Of a stretch of DNA of 11,430 nucleotides, positions 1 to 7,342 are shown piece after piece (the stretch's first letter is position 1; every line of letters starts with the position of its first letter). Where the stretch lies: the UHGV virus genome UHGV-0107525. One strand, written 5' to 3'. The stretch is from a virus. A program made the position numbers and the translations under genes. Below the pieces are notes generated by a model, which worked only from the letters and a program-made list of their open reading frames with translations, did no database searches and was not told the origin of the DNA.

Positions 1-453
1 ATATTTGGTTGTAACACGGCGTATGGCACATGCGTCGTTAGCGGTCTGGTGTAGCTGTTAGGTACCTTTTACTAACACTGCATGGGCACATCAGGTAGCC
101 GGAATGTGCAAGCCCCGTTCATATCGTCGGACCGAGGACTCACCATCCTGGCGATTCGGTGTGACAGCCGGAAGAGCACGGCGCACAACAGGAAAAGGCG
201 TTTAATTAGCGTGAGCGCCGTTTCCGTTGTGGTAATTGCGGCTATGCGCTCGTGACGAAGCCATTTTCATTAATTGCGGTTCTGATAAGTGTCGTCGCCG
301 GGCGTGGCTGACCTGGCAGGTGGAGGCACCACCGCCACAACTCCTTTCAATTCATCATATAGCCGCTCAGGCTGTAACCCTTAATTAATACGAAGTTTCG
401 ACATATCTATCGGTTTAACCGAGAGATGGTCGCGCGTGTAAAAAGGAGACGTT

Positions 454-1029
454 ATGTTAATGGCGAACGATAACGCATATGCAGAAGAAGATCTCATTTT
501 GAGTGACTTCATCGGTCAGCGGGAACGCTGGACACAAAAGCGAGAGGAACTTTATGCCTCGTTAGTTCGCAAAGGTGTCAACATTGAAACCGCTCAAAGC
601 GGCGATATGACGGTAGTCAGTGTTGGATTACATGGTGTGAGCGTGTCCGCAGCCAATCATGAGCCATACGTAGCGTTATCCGAGTCGATGGCAAGGCTAA
701 TTAAGTTTCTGAAGCAAACAGAAGCCAATAATGTTTTCATCGCCAAAAAGAACATCAATTTTTCTGCCGCCGTGTTCTGGATGATGAAGGGGCTTGACGC
801 CCGCCGGGCATCATGGCCTAAAGGGAGCTATATGTCGATGTTCCGTGGCAGTATTGGCAGTAAAGAAAAGCTCGTCGAATTCCTGCCGGAAGAAGCATTC
901 GATATTGTGGAAGGGTGCGATGTGATGGTTATGCCTCGCCTGGTAATGATGAATGGGGATTTACAGGCGCAGACAGACTGGTTCGCAACTGGCGTGGATA
1001 TTATCGCAACTGACTGGGAGGCATTCTGA
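454..1029 (+). CDS. Hypothetical protein with C-terminal DUF2829-like domain (Tad2-like fold candidate)
   Basis: ATG at 454 with AAGGAG 5 nt upstream. C-terminal ~90 aa carries the DUF2829 signature seen more clearly in the 8666-9343 ORF: FSAAVFWMMKGLDARRASWPKG and a terminal DIIATDWEAF block (compare FSDALMWLKEGKKVARRGWNG and DLLACDWFVVE). Stop overlaps the next start (ATGA). Domain call is by-eye motif recognition, not a profile search. Confidence 0.55.
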   Translation: MLMANDNAYAEEDLILSDFIGQRERWTQKREELYASLVRKGVNIETAQSGDMTVVSVGLHGVSVSAANHEPYVALSESMARLIKFLKQTEANNVFIAKKNINFSAAVFWMMKGLDARRASWPKGSYMSMFRGSIGSKEKLVEFLPEEAFDIVEGCDVMVMPRLVMMNGDLQAQTDWFATGVDIIATDWEAF

Positions 1030-1421
1030 TGTACGAGACTACAAAATTAAGCATTCACGAAGCCTCCAATGTGGAGTGGAATATCGTTACCTGCAAGATT
1101 GTATCGTGTAATGCTGCCCGAACTGATGCAGGCTATAAGAGCACGATAACAGGCTACATGGTAATGGCTTATAGGGGATTGAGAGTTCGCTTTATCTGGA
1201 AAGCTCGGCAATTGACACCATTCAGAGAGCCGTCAATGCCATTAGAGGTAGAACAGGATTATTTAAGCCTGCCGGAAATAGACGGTGCAACGCTGGTGGA
1301 TTCTGATGGTCGTAAGGCTGATTTTGAAGTCAGCTTAAAGGTGGCGCAGGCCGTAATTAATAACTCACGTGGTAAGTGGATCGCTAAGGTAAAACACGTC
1401 GTTCGCTTATCTCGCTGGTAG
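1029..1421 (+). CDS. Hypothetical protein (130 aa)
   Basis: ORF translationally coupled to the upstream gene (ATGA overlap at 1027-1031). No recognisable motifs. Confidence 0.45.
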   Translation: MYETTKLSIHEASNVEWNIVTCKIVSCNAARTDAGYKSTITGYMVMAYRGLRVRFIWKARQLTPFREPSMPLEVEQDYLSLPEIDGATLVDSDGRKADFEVSLKVAQAVINNSRGKWIAKVKHVVRLSRW

Positions 1422-1529
1422 TGTTAGATAAATGGAATTAATTTTCTAATATAACCAACTTTTTGCCAGTCTATACAGAAATAACATTCTCATTATCATC
1501 CCCTCGGTCATTTCCTGCCCGGGGGATTA

Positions 1530-1922
1530 ATGGAACAAATCAGCAGCGCAGAAATTGCGGATATCATGATCAGGGCTGACTGCTATCTGACAGTCACTGA
1601 AATTACCACTCTAGCTAAAGAAAAATATCCTCACCTTCATGTTTCACGCGTAAGTGTAACCAACATCATTCGGCATTTTGTGCGGTCAAGCCGAGCTATT
1701 TGTGAGCTTGATGATCGTGTTTACCCACGGAAATACTGGTTGCATGGCCTGAACGGATATCAGTTCAAGGTGCGCGGGCGCACCCCTGAATACGGCAGTT
1801 TGCTGGTTAAAAACTGTAGCCGGAAGTCTGCAGAACTGGCGCGACAAGAGCAGCGCAAGCTGGTGGACATGGCTAATAAGCTGTGGAATGCCGCAGTTAA
1901 AAAGCGTGGTGTTGCTTTATGA
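1530..1922 (+). CDS. Putative small DNA-binding protein (winged-helix-like), immediately upstream of and overlapping pacA
   Basis: ATG at 1530 with GGGGGA 4 nt upstream; stop overlaps the pacA ATG (ATGA at 1919-1922). Helix-turn-helix-like segment LTVTEITTLAKEKYPHLHVSRVSVTNIIRHF followed by a wing-like YPRKYWLHGLNGY. P1 has its late-promoter activator lpa in this position, but homology could not be verified. Confidence 0.5.
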   Translation: MEQISSAEIADIMIRADCYLTVTEITTLAKEKYPHLHVSRVSVTNIIRHFVRSSRAICELDDRVYPRKYWLHGLNGYQFKVRGRTPEYGSLLVKNCSRKSAELARQEQRKLVDMANKLWNAAVKKRGVAL

Positions 1923-3283
1923 GCCTTGTTAATTGGGAAGAGCACCGCGCCAAATTTATAGCGTTGCGTGAAGAAAAAGGGATCACCGTAAAGGAATACT
2001 GCGAGCAACACGACCTTAGCTTCAATACCGCCAGAAAGCATCTCAATATGAAAAAAAATGAGGTGCGGTCGCAGGTGAAGACTACAAAAAAAAGCACCAA
2101 ATCACCTGAAAAAAAACGGGCAGGAAGAGCAAAAAAAAGGCCAGAAGAGGGTACAGAAACAACAAAATTTACAGAAACTGACAATTCACAGAGCGGAAGT
2201 TCTTTCCGGAGCATGCCGAGAAAGAAAACTTCGGATCATAAAAATAACGACAATAATAACAATGAGATAAAAGAATCTGTCAGGAGATCATTGCGCGAAA
2301 AAATGGCGAAAATGATCCCCACCGAAGATAAATGCGCCTCAAAAATCGAGGGATCTTCAGCAATGATCCCTGGCGGTGCTGTGCAGCGTGCCACGTTGCC
2401 CACTACGAGTGTGGCTCGCGACATGATGAAGAACGGCGCAGAAGAGCACCTGCGGTTAGCAATTCAAATGGCGCAAGAACGCGCACTTCAGTACCAAAGC
2501 ATTGTTGATCAGGAGGCCGAACGCCTACAGGCGGAGATAGACGCCCTGGGTGATGAACAGCCAGAAGGAATGCACCCTGGGCAGCGACTTCTCGGTCTAA
2601 TCAGTGACGCGGCCTACTACATGAACGATTTTATCAGTAGGTTGGCAGCGATATATCAGTCCGAACAAAAGCTGCGACAGGGTGATGAAAAACTTCGTCA
2701 GGGTGCTCGCCAGCAAGCATTCAGAGAGGCCGAGGCCAGAGAAAAACTCGAATTAGCACGCCTACAGGCCGAACAGCGTGGCAAAGAGATTGAATATCGC
2801 ATTGGCGCTGACGCACGCGCAGCCAGAGTTATCGCCGCCGCTATACGTATGCGTGAGCGCGAGGAGCTGGACGATATCGGTGTTGCTGAATACATCGAGC
2901 GTCAGGGTGTCAGTGTCCCGGCTATCCTCGCGGCGCGCGCGGCGAAAGCTATCACTCTTCTCGAACCTCCAGTTTCTGACATCAATGATGTTGATGATGA
3001 ACAGCTGGACAAAGAAGCGAAGGAGTTTGCATCGCTTCAGGCTAACCATCCGCAATGGCTGGCAGAGCGCCGGGCGGATGTGGCAACCATTGTTGAAGAT
3101 CTGGGGTGCGGAGATTACGACCACAATGGCGAGCGTAAGGCTGGGGAATTCGAGGCCAACGACGAAGAGTTGGATATTGACCCTTCGGCTACGGATGAAA
3201 TTTACGGTGATTATGATGCATCAGACGCAGGATATGACGCCGGAGATGATGATATCGCGATAGAACCGCCGGAGGACGACTAA
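1919..3283 (+). CDS. pacA: Terminase small / pac-recognition subunit PacA-like
   Basis: 454-aa protein with N-terminal HTH-like region, lysine-rich linker, coiled-coil-like Ala/Arg/Glu-rich middle and strongly acidic C-terminus (DDDIAIEPPEDD). Stop overlaps the start of the large terminase gene (TAATG). Contains an internal GATC cluster, as P1 pacA contains pac. Confidence 0.8.
   Translation: MSLVNWEEHRAKFIALREEKGITVKEYCEQHDLSFNTARKHLNMKKNEVRSQVKTTKKSTKSPEKKRAGRAKKRPEEGTETTKFTETDNSQSGSSFRSMPRKKTSDHKNNDNNNNEIKESVRRSLREKMAKMIPTEDKCASKIEGSSAMIPGGAVQRATLPTTSVARDMMKNGAEEHLRLAIQMAQERALQYQSIVDQEAERLQAEIDALGDEQPEGMHPGQRLLGLISDAAYYMNDFISRLAAIYQSEQKLRQGDEKLRQGARQQAFREAEAREKLELARLQAEQRGKEIEYRIGADARAARVIAAAIRMREREELDDIGVAEYIERQGVSVPAILAARAAKAITLLEPPVSDINDVDDEQLDKEAKEFASLQANHPQWLAERRADVATIVEDLGCGDYDHNGERKAGEFEANDEELDIDPSATDEIYGDYDASDAGYDAGDDDIAIEPPEDD
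2233..2369. other. Candidate pac (packaging initiation) site: cluster of five Dam GATC hexamers inside pacA
   Basis: GATC at 2234, 2286, 2314, 2352 and 2365 within about 136 bp, in hexamers GGATCA, AGATCA, TGATCC, GGATCT, TGATCC; ATGATCCC occurs twice. P1 pac is a methylation-regulated cluster of TGATCA/G hexamers within pacA. Confidence 0.4.
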
Positions 3284-4791
3284 TGGCTGGTGGGCGCAAG
3301 ATTAAATGCGTCACCAGCGATCCACGCTGGCGCGATATGGTAATCAAATACCGCTACAACTTTACCCAGGCTGTTGTTGATATTTTCGGGATGTTTCCCT
3401 CCCACCAGCAGCAGGAGATTATCCAGTCCGTACAGCAAAAAGGGAGCAGAACCACTGTTACTTCTGGTCACGGTACAGGGAAATCGTCGTTAACAGCTAT
3501 GTTGTTGCTGATTTATTTGATTCTGTTCCCCGATGCCCGTGTCATCATTGTTGCTAACAAGATAGGCCAGGTTAAAACAGGGGTATTCAAATACGTTAAA
3601 CAGTATTGGGCGAATGCAGTTAAGCGTCACGGGTGGTTACAGACCTATTTTGTCCTGTCTGACACCATGTTTTATGAACGTTCCCGCAAAGGGATCTGGG
3701 AAGTTCTCTGCAAAGGTTATCGACTCGGTAACGAAGAAGCACTGGCGGGGGAGCACGCGGCACATTTGCTTCTAATTCTGGATGAAGCATCAGGCATATC
3801 TGATAAAGCGATCGGCGTAATGACTGGCGCTCTGACTGAAGAAGATAACCGAATGTTGATGCTATCCCAGCCAACAAGGCCAAGTGGTTATTTCTACGAT
3901 TCGCACCATTCTCAAGCTAAAACCCCAGACAACCCGAAAGGGATCTGGACAGCAATTGTTCTTAACTCAGAAGAATCACCGTTCGTCACACCACAATTCA
4001 TCAGGCAGAAACTCCTGGAATATGGCGGGCGCGATTCTATTGAGTACATGGTCAAGGTTCTTGGTCAGTTTCCTCGGGAGATTAACGGCTATTTGCTTGG
4101 TCGTGATGAATGCGATCGCGCTGCGCGGCGCAAGGTGTTGTTGGAGAAAAACTGGGGATGGGTGGCTACTGCTGACGTTGGTAACGGGCGAGACAAGTCA
4201 GTTCTTAATATCTGTAAAGTGTCTGGTCACCGGGAAAAGCGGCGTGTTGTTAACTTTAAGGTAATGGAAATGCCAGGGACTATGGACCCGCTGGCTTTTG
4301 CTGACTTTATATACAACGAATGCACACCGGATAAATACCCGAATATTACAATCGCGGTTGACGCAGACGGTTTTGGTTCAGATACCTGTGCGCAGCTGGT
4401 GCGCCGTGGGGCTAATCCGGTACGGATTCGGTGGGGGAAACCCATGTTTTCGAACAAAGACAAGGAGCGTTTTGTTAACCAGCGTGCCTACGCAAATATT
4501 ATGGCTCGTGATGCCATAAAGTCAGGTCGTATGCGAATAGACAGCGACCCTAAAACGGCAGAGCAAGCGTCAAAAATCCCCTTTTTACTTAATGAAGAAG
4601 GGAAGATGGCGATGATGCGCAAGGAGCACATGCGGCAAAAGCTGAACATCAAATCACCTGACCGATGGGATACCTACTGCTTTACAATGCTGGTGGACTA
4701 TGTTCCTGCTAATGAAGATATCGGCGCTGAAATGGCTACCTTCCGCGATCAGGTTCTTGCAGATGTGGAAATGCCAGATCTGGATATATAA
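3283..4791 (+). CDS. pacB: Terminase large subunit PacB-like (ATPase plus nuclease)
   Basis: 502 aa. Walker A-like TSGHGTGKSS, Walker B-like LLLILDEASG, and C-terminal acidic clusters typical of the RNase H-like terminase nuclease domain (VATADVGNGRD, IAVDADGFGSD). Immediately follows pacA. Confidence 0.9.
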   Translation: MAGGRKIKCVTSDPRWRDMVIKYRYNFTQAVVDIFGMFPSHQQQEIIQSVQQKGSRTTVTSGHGTGKSSLTAMLLLIYLILFPDARVIIVANKIGQVKTGVFKYVKQYWANAVKRHGWLQTYFVLSDTMFYERSRKGIWEVLCKGYRLGNEEALAGEHAAHLLLILDEASGISDKAIGVMTGALTEEDNRMLMLSQPTRPSGYFYDSHHSQAKTPDNPKGIWTAIVLNSEESPFVTPQFIRQKLLEYGGRDSIEYMVKVLGQFPREINGYLLGRDECDRAARRKVLLEKNWGWVATADVGNGRDKSVLNICKVSGHREKRRVVNFKVMEMPGTMDPLAFADFIYNECTPDKYPNITIAVDADGFGSDTCAQLVRRGANPVRIRWGKPMFSNKDKERFVNQRAYANIMARDAIKSGRMRIDSDPKTAEQASKIPFLLNEEGKMAMMRKEHMRQKLNIKSPDRWDTYCFTMLVDYVPANEDIGAEMATFRDQVLADVEMPDLDI

Positions 4792-4812
4792 AGCCCCGGC
4801 AATGCGGGGCTT
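4791..4812. terminator. Hairpin between convergent pacB and the - strand 345-aa gene (likely bidirectional terminator)
   Basis: AAGCCCCG-gcaatg-CGGGGCTT: 8-bp perfect stem with 6-nt loop directly after the pacB stop and 5 nt before the stop of the convergent gene. No strong T-run on either side. Confidence 0.55.
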
Positions 4813-4816
4813 GTGA

Positions 4817-5854
4817 TTACCAGAGTTTAGCGGCGTGCTGTGTTTGGGAGAAAGTGAACCCGTAACGTTCTTCTATGGTTTTACCGTATCTTTTCCGCGC
4901 GTCTGTCAGTTTTATGCCTGTCAGGTCATCTCCGGATGTCATCATTACGTCTAACAACTCCAGATCCATTTTATTCAGTCGCGCCATCGCTTCGCGTGCT
5001 GTCTGTATTTTACGCTCAATGATATGGCGAATAGCCGGATCGGCTTCCTCAAGCATTTTGGCTGATTTGTTCTTTAAGCTCTCATTGCGGATGTCGATGT
5101 TTCGCAAGATGTATGACTTCGCAACATAGCTTGGTTGGTGTTTCTCCAGATCGCGAACGCGATAGAGACTAAAGTCACCAAGCAGGCCGCAAGGTATCGA
5201 CTCAACCCCAGAATAAATAGTAATGCTGCGACGTTCGCCGACATTATTAACAACGGGCACTGTGGTGTTCGGAAGTTTTGCGAACACTAAGGCTCCGTGT
5301 GCGCCTACCCTGAATCGTGACAGAGCATTGCTGCCTTCAATGTTTGTTGTAAGCACTACATCTGTGTATCCATCTTTGCGCGCCCGGTAAACTTCCCCTT
5401 CAGGTTCTGATGCGAAAAAACGGCGCTCTTCTTCAAGTGCACCAACAATCTGCGAAAATATCTTGTTTTTCAGGCTTTTCTTTATAATTGCATCATATTT
5501 TTTGAGCAGATTTTCGCGCGTAAATGAGCGGGTGGTGGTCGCGCTTTGCACAACAATATGCGTGCTTTGATTTGTGTCCTCGATAATGAATGGGATCGGA
5601 GAATATACAGACTCAACAATGTTAGACGCTTTGCCGTCAGCGTTACGGCACAAGTCAACAAAGGCTTTCCATTCTGTGAGGCACTTTTCAGCTTCTTCTA
5701 GCACATTCTGATCATGTGTTAGTGCAACATGGCGGAATTCCTCGCCGGAATAACTGGTATCATGGAAAACAGAGTTTGCGACCACCAGCTCTTTCCACCG
5801 TTCAGCGGTTTGCAGGAACCGTTTGTACTCTTTCTCGATCGACTTCTTACTCAT
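4817..5854 (-). CDS. Hypothetical 345-aa protein in the position of the P1 c1 immunity repressor (possible C1-type repressor)
   Basis: Long - strand ORF convergent with pacB, AGGA-type RBS 4-5 nt upstream of the ATG (RC of 5852-5854). Placement between pacB and the lox-type site/recombinase matches P1 c1. The functional call is by synteny only; no recognisable HTH. Confidence 0.4.
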   Translation of the reverse strand: MSKKSIEKEYKRFLQTAERWKELVVANSVFHDTSYSGEEFRHVALTHDQNVLEEAEKCLTEWKAFVDLCRNADGKASNIVESVYSPIPFIIEDTNQSTHIVVQSATTTRSFTRENLLKKYDAIIKKSLKNKIFSQIVGALEEERRFFASEPEGEVYRARKDGYTDVVLTTNIEGSNALSRFRVGAHGALVFAKLPNTTVPVVNNVGERRSITIYSGVESIPCGLLGDFSLYRVRDLEKHQPSYVAKSYILRNIDIRNESLKNKSAKMLEEADPAIRHIIERKIQTAREAMARLNKMDLELLDVMMTSGDDLTGIKLTDARKRYGKTIEERYGFTFSQTQHAAKLW

Positions 5855-5872
5855 TATTCCTACTCGATTTAG

Positions 5873-5881
5873 TTTTCTAAC
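5873..5881. repeat. Copy of repeated motif (A/T)TTTCTAAC, candidate repressor operator, upstream of the 345-aa gene
   Basis: TTTTCTAAC lies 19 bp upstream of the - strand start codon. Related copies at 5958-5966 (inverted), 6048-6059, 7272-7283 and 1438-1449. Confidence 0.3.
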
Positions 5882-6047
5882 ATAAAATTACTATGACAAA
5901 TCTATGCCGAATAACAGGGTGAGTAAAGGATCAAGATGTGTTTTTTTATCATCAAATTTAGAAAATTCCGCCTAAAAACTGCCTGGCATAACTTAAAGCC
6001 CACACCATCAATGCATTGCCCATCTGCGCGGAAAGGAAAAAATTTCC

Positions 6048-6059
6048 TAAATTTCTAAC
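6048..6059. repeat. Copy of 12-bp motif TAAATTTCTAAC abutting the rox-like site
   Basis: Identical 12-mer also at 7272-7283; 9-bp core shared with 5873-5881. Confidence 0.3.
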
Positions 6060-6087
6060 TTTAGATAATTGGCATTATTTAAAGTTA
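6056..6087. other. rox-type recombination site (Dre target; lox analogue)
   Basis: TAACTTTAGATAAT-TGGC-ATTATTTAAAGTTA: 14-bp inverted arms around a 4-bp spacer. The reverse complement matches the rox site as I recall it (TAACTTTAAATAATGCCAATTATTTAAAGTTA) at 31 of 32 positions, with one arm mismatch. Lies 152 bp upstream of the Cre-family recombinase gene. Confidence 0.85.
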
Positions 6088-6096
6088 GTATATAAT
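6069..6096 (+). promoter_or_regulatory. Sigma70-like promoter overlapping the rox spacer and right arm, directed toward the recombinase gene
   Basis: -35 TTGGCA (6069-6074), 16-bp spacer, -10 TATAAT (6091-6096). Two GATC sites follow at 6100-6103 and 6109-6112. A second -35-like TTGACA at 6116-6121 has only a weak -10. Confidence 0.45.
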
Positions 6097-6239
6097 AATG
6101 ATCAAACGATCAGTATTGACAGACTCAAAAAGTCATGGTTCGAATCAAGGGCTTAAATTTTAAATTCTCACGGATAACTAGCCTGTCATTTTTTGTTTTT
6201 TCGCGTAGCGACACCAATTTATAGAGGTGAAATGATTAC

Positions 6240-7268
6240 ATGAGTAAACTTATTATCTCCGGTAATCCTGGCATGTTTCTTCGTGATATTGGTGCTGAGT
6301 ACCAGGAAGCCGCCAAAAATTTCATGCAGTTCCTTAATGACCAGGGCGCTTACTCACCTAATACACTGCGCGATCTGCGCTTGGTCTTTCACTCCTGGGC
6401 GCGTTGGTGCCACGCTCGTGGTATTGCGTGGTTTCCGATCTCCCCGGAAGCTGCCCGCGAATACCTGCTTCAACTGCATGATGCGGATCTGGCTTCAACC
6501 ACCATTGAAAAGCATTACGCCATGCTCAATATGCTGTTGTCACAATGCGGACTGCCGCAACTCTCTGATGACAAAAGCGTATCCCTGGCGATGCGGCGCA
6601 TCCGGCGCGAAGCTGCAACCGAAAAAGGCGAACGCACAGGCCAGGCTATACCGTTGCGGTGGGATGATCTGAAATGGCTCGACGTGTTGCTGTCCCGTTC
6701 CGAGCGGCTGGTGGACCTGCGCAACCGGGCGTTTCTCTTCGTGGCATACAATACCCTGTTGCGTATGGCTGAAATGTCCCGCGTGCGTGTTCGCGATCTG
6801 GAACAGACTGGTGACACTGTAACGCTTCACGTATCCCACACCAAAACCATCACGACCGCCGCCGGACTTGATAAGGTGCTCTCCCTCCGGACAACTGCGG
6901 TTCTCAATGACTGGCTGGACGAGTCCGGACTACGTGATCACCCGGATGCGATACTTTTCCCGCCAGTACACCGGAGCAACAAAGCGCGGATCACCACCAC
7001 GCCACTAACCGCGCCCGCGATGGAGAAGATTTTCAGTGACGCCTGGGCGCTGCTTGGTAAGAGTGATGCCACCCCAAATAAAGGCCGTTACCGGACGTGG
7101 ACAGGCCACAGTGCGCGTGTTGGTGCCGCCATAGATATGGCTGAAAAACAGGTGTCTTTGGTTGAAATTATGCAGGAAGGTACATGGAAGAAGCCCGAAA
7201 CACTGATGCGTTATCTTCGTCGTGGCGGTGTGACAGCAGGTGCCAATAGCCGCCTCATGGATTCATGA
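6240..7268 (+). CDS. dre: Cre-family tyrosine recombinase, Dre-like
   Basis: 342 aa. Aligns along its length to P1 Cre as recalled, with conserved blocks (FPISPE, AFLFVAYNTLLRMAE vs Cre AFLGIAYNTLLRIAE, WTGHSARVGAA vs WSGHSARVGAA) and catalytic Arg, His-x-x-Arg, Trp and Tyr (LMRYLRR) in place. GAGGTG RBS 10 nt upstream. Adjacent rox-type site supports Dre. Confidence 0.92.
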   Translation: MSKLIISGNPGMFLRDIGAEYQEAAKNFMQFLNDQGAYSPNTLRDLRLVFHSWARWCHARGIAWFPISPEAAREYLLQLHDADLASTTIEKHYAMLNMLLSQCGLPQLSDDKSVSLAMRRIRREAATEKGERTGQAIPLRWDDLKWLDVLLSRSERLVDLRNRAFLFVAYNTLLRMAEMSRVRVRDLEQTGDTVTLHVSHTKTITTAAGLDKVLSLRTTAVLNDWLDESGLRDHPDAILFPPVHRSNKARITTTPLTAPAMEKIFSDAWALLGKSDATPNKGRYRTWTGHSARVGAAIDMAEKQVSLVEIMQEGTWKKPETLMRYLRRGGVTAGANSRLMDS

Positions 7269-7271
7269 GAT

Positions 7272-7283
7272 TAAATTTCTAAC
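7272..7283. repeat. Second copy of 12-bp motif TAAATTTCTAAC, between dre and the downstream operon
   Basis: Exact 12-bp match to 6048-6059, located 4 bp after the dre stop. Confidence 0.3.
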
Positions 7284-7342
7284 ACACCTTTTTAGATTGT
7301 TATCTTTGCTGTAAAGTACCCTCTCCTATTTCGGAGGGTGCT

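Noticed and set aside
1-453. About 450 bp at the left edge with no ORF of 60 aa or more on either strand; looked for tRNA-like structure, repeats and edge-truncated genes
   Set aside because: Only short imperfect inverted repeats (GAGCGC...GCGCTC around 213-262) and a GGCACAT direct repeat; no cloverleaf, no gene running in from the left past position ~54. Function undetermined; could be regulatory or a decayed gene.
2698-3263. ORFs inside pacA on other frames or the opposite strand (2778-3263 +, 2762-3124 -, 2698-2895 -, also 1760-2041 -, 1897-2214 -, 2236-2424 -)
   Set aside because: Fully embedded in the well-supported pacA (or upstream gene) reading frame; translations are low-complexity or Ser/Arg/Cys-rich, typical of out-of-frame readings.
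3280-4519. ORFs overlapping pacB (3280-3471 -, 3620-3883 -, 3884-4264 +, 4227-4463 -, 4298-4519 +)
   Set aside because: Embedded in the pacB frame, which has clear terminase motifs; no independent start signals.
4875-5129. + strand 84-aa ORF inside the 345-aa - strand gene
   Set aside because: Antisense to the longer ORF, which has a good RBS; no support.
5936-6058. 40-codon + strand ORF (MCFFIIKFRKF...) with AAGGA 5 nt upstream, ending at the left edge of rox
   Set aside because: Low-complexity, AT-driven sequence in a regulatory region; no support for coding. Could be a leader peptide but evidence is insufficient.
6283-6839. Alternative-frame and antisense ORFs inside dre (6283-6672 +, 6515-6817 -, 6540-6839 -)
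   Set aside because: dre is unambiguous from its Cre-family motifs; these are frame shadows.
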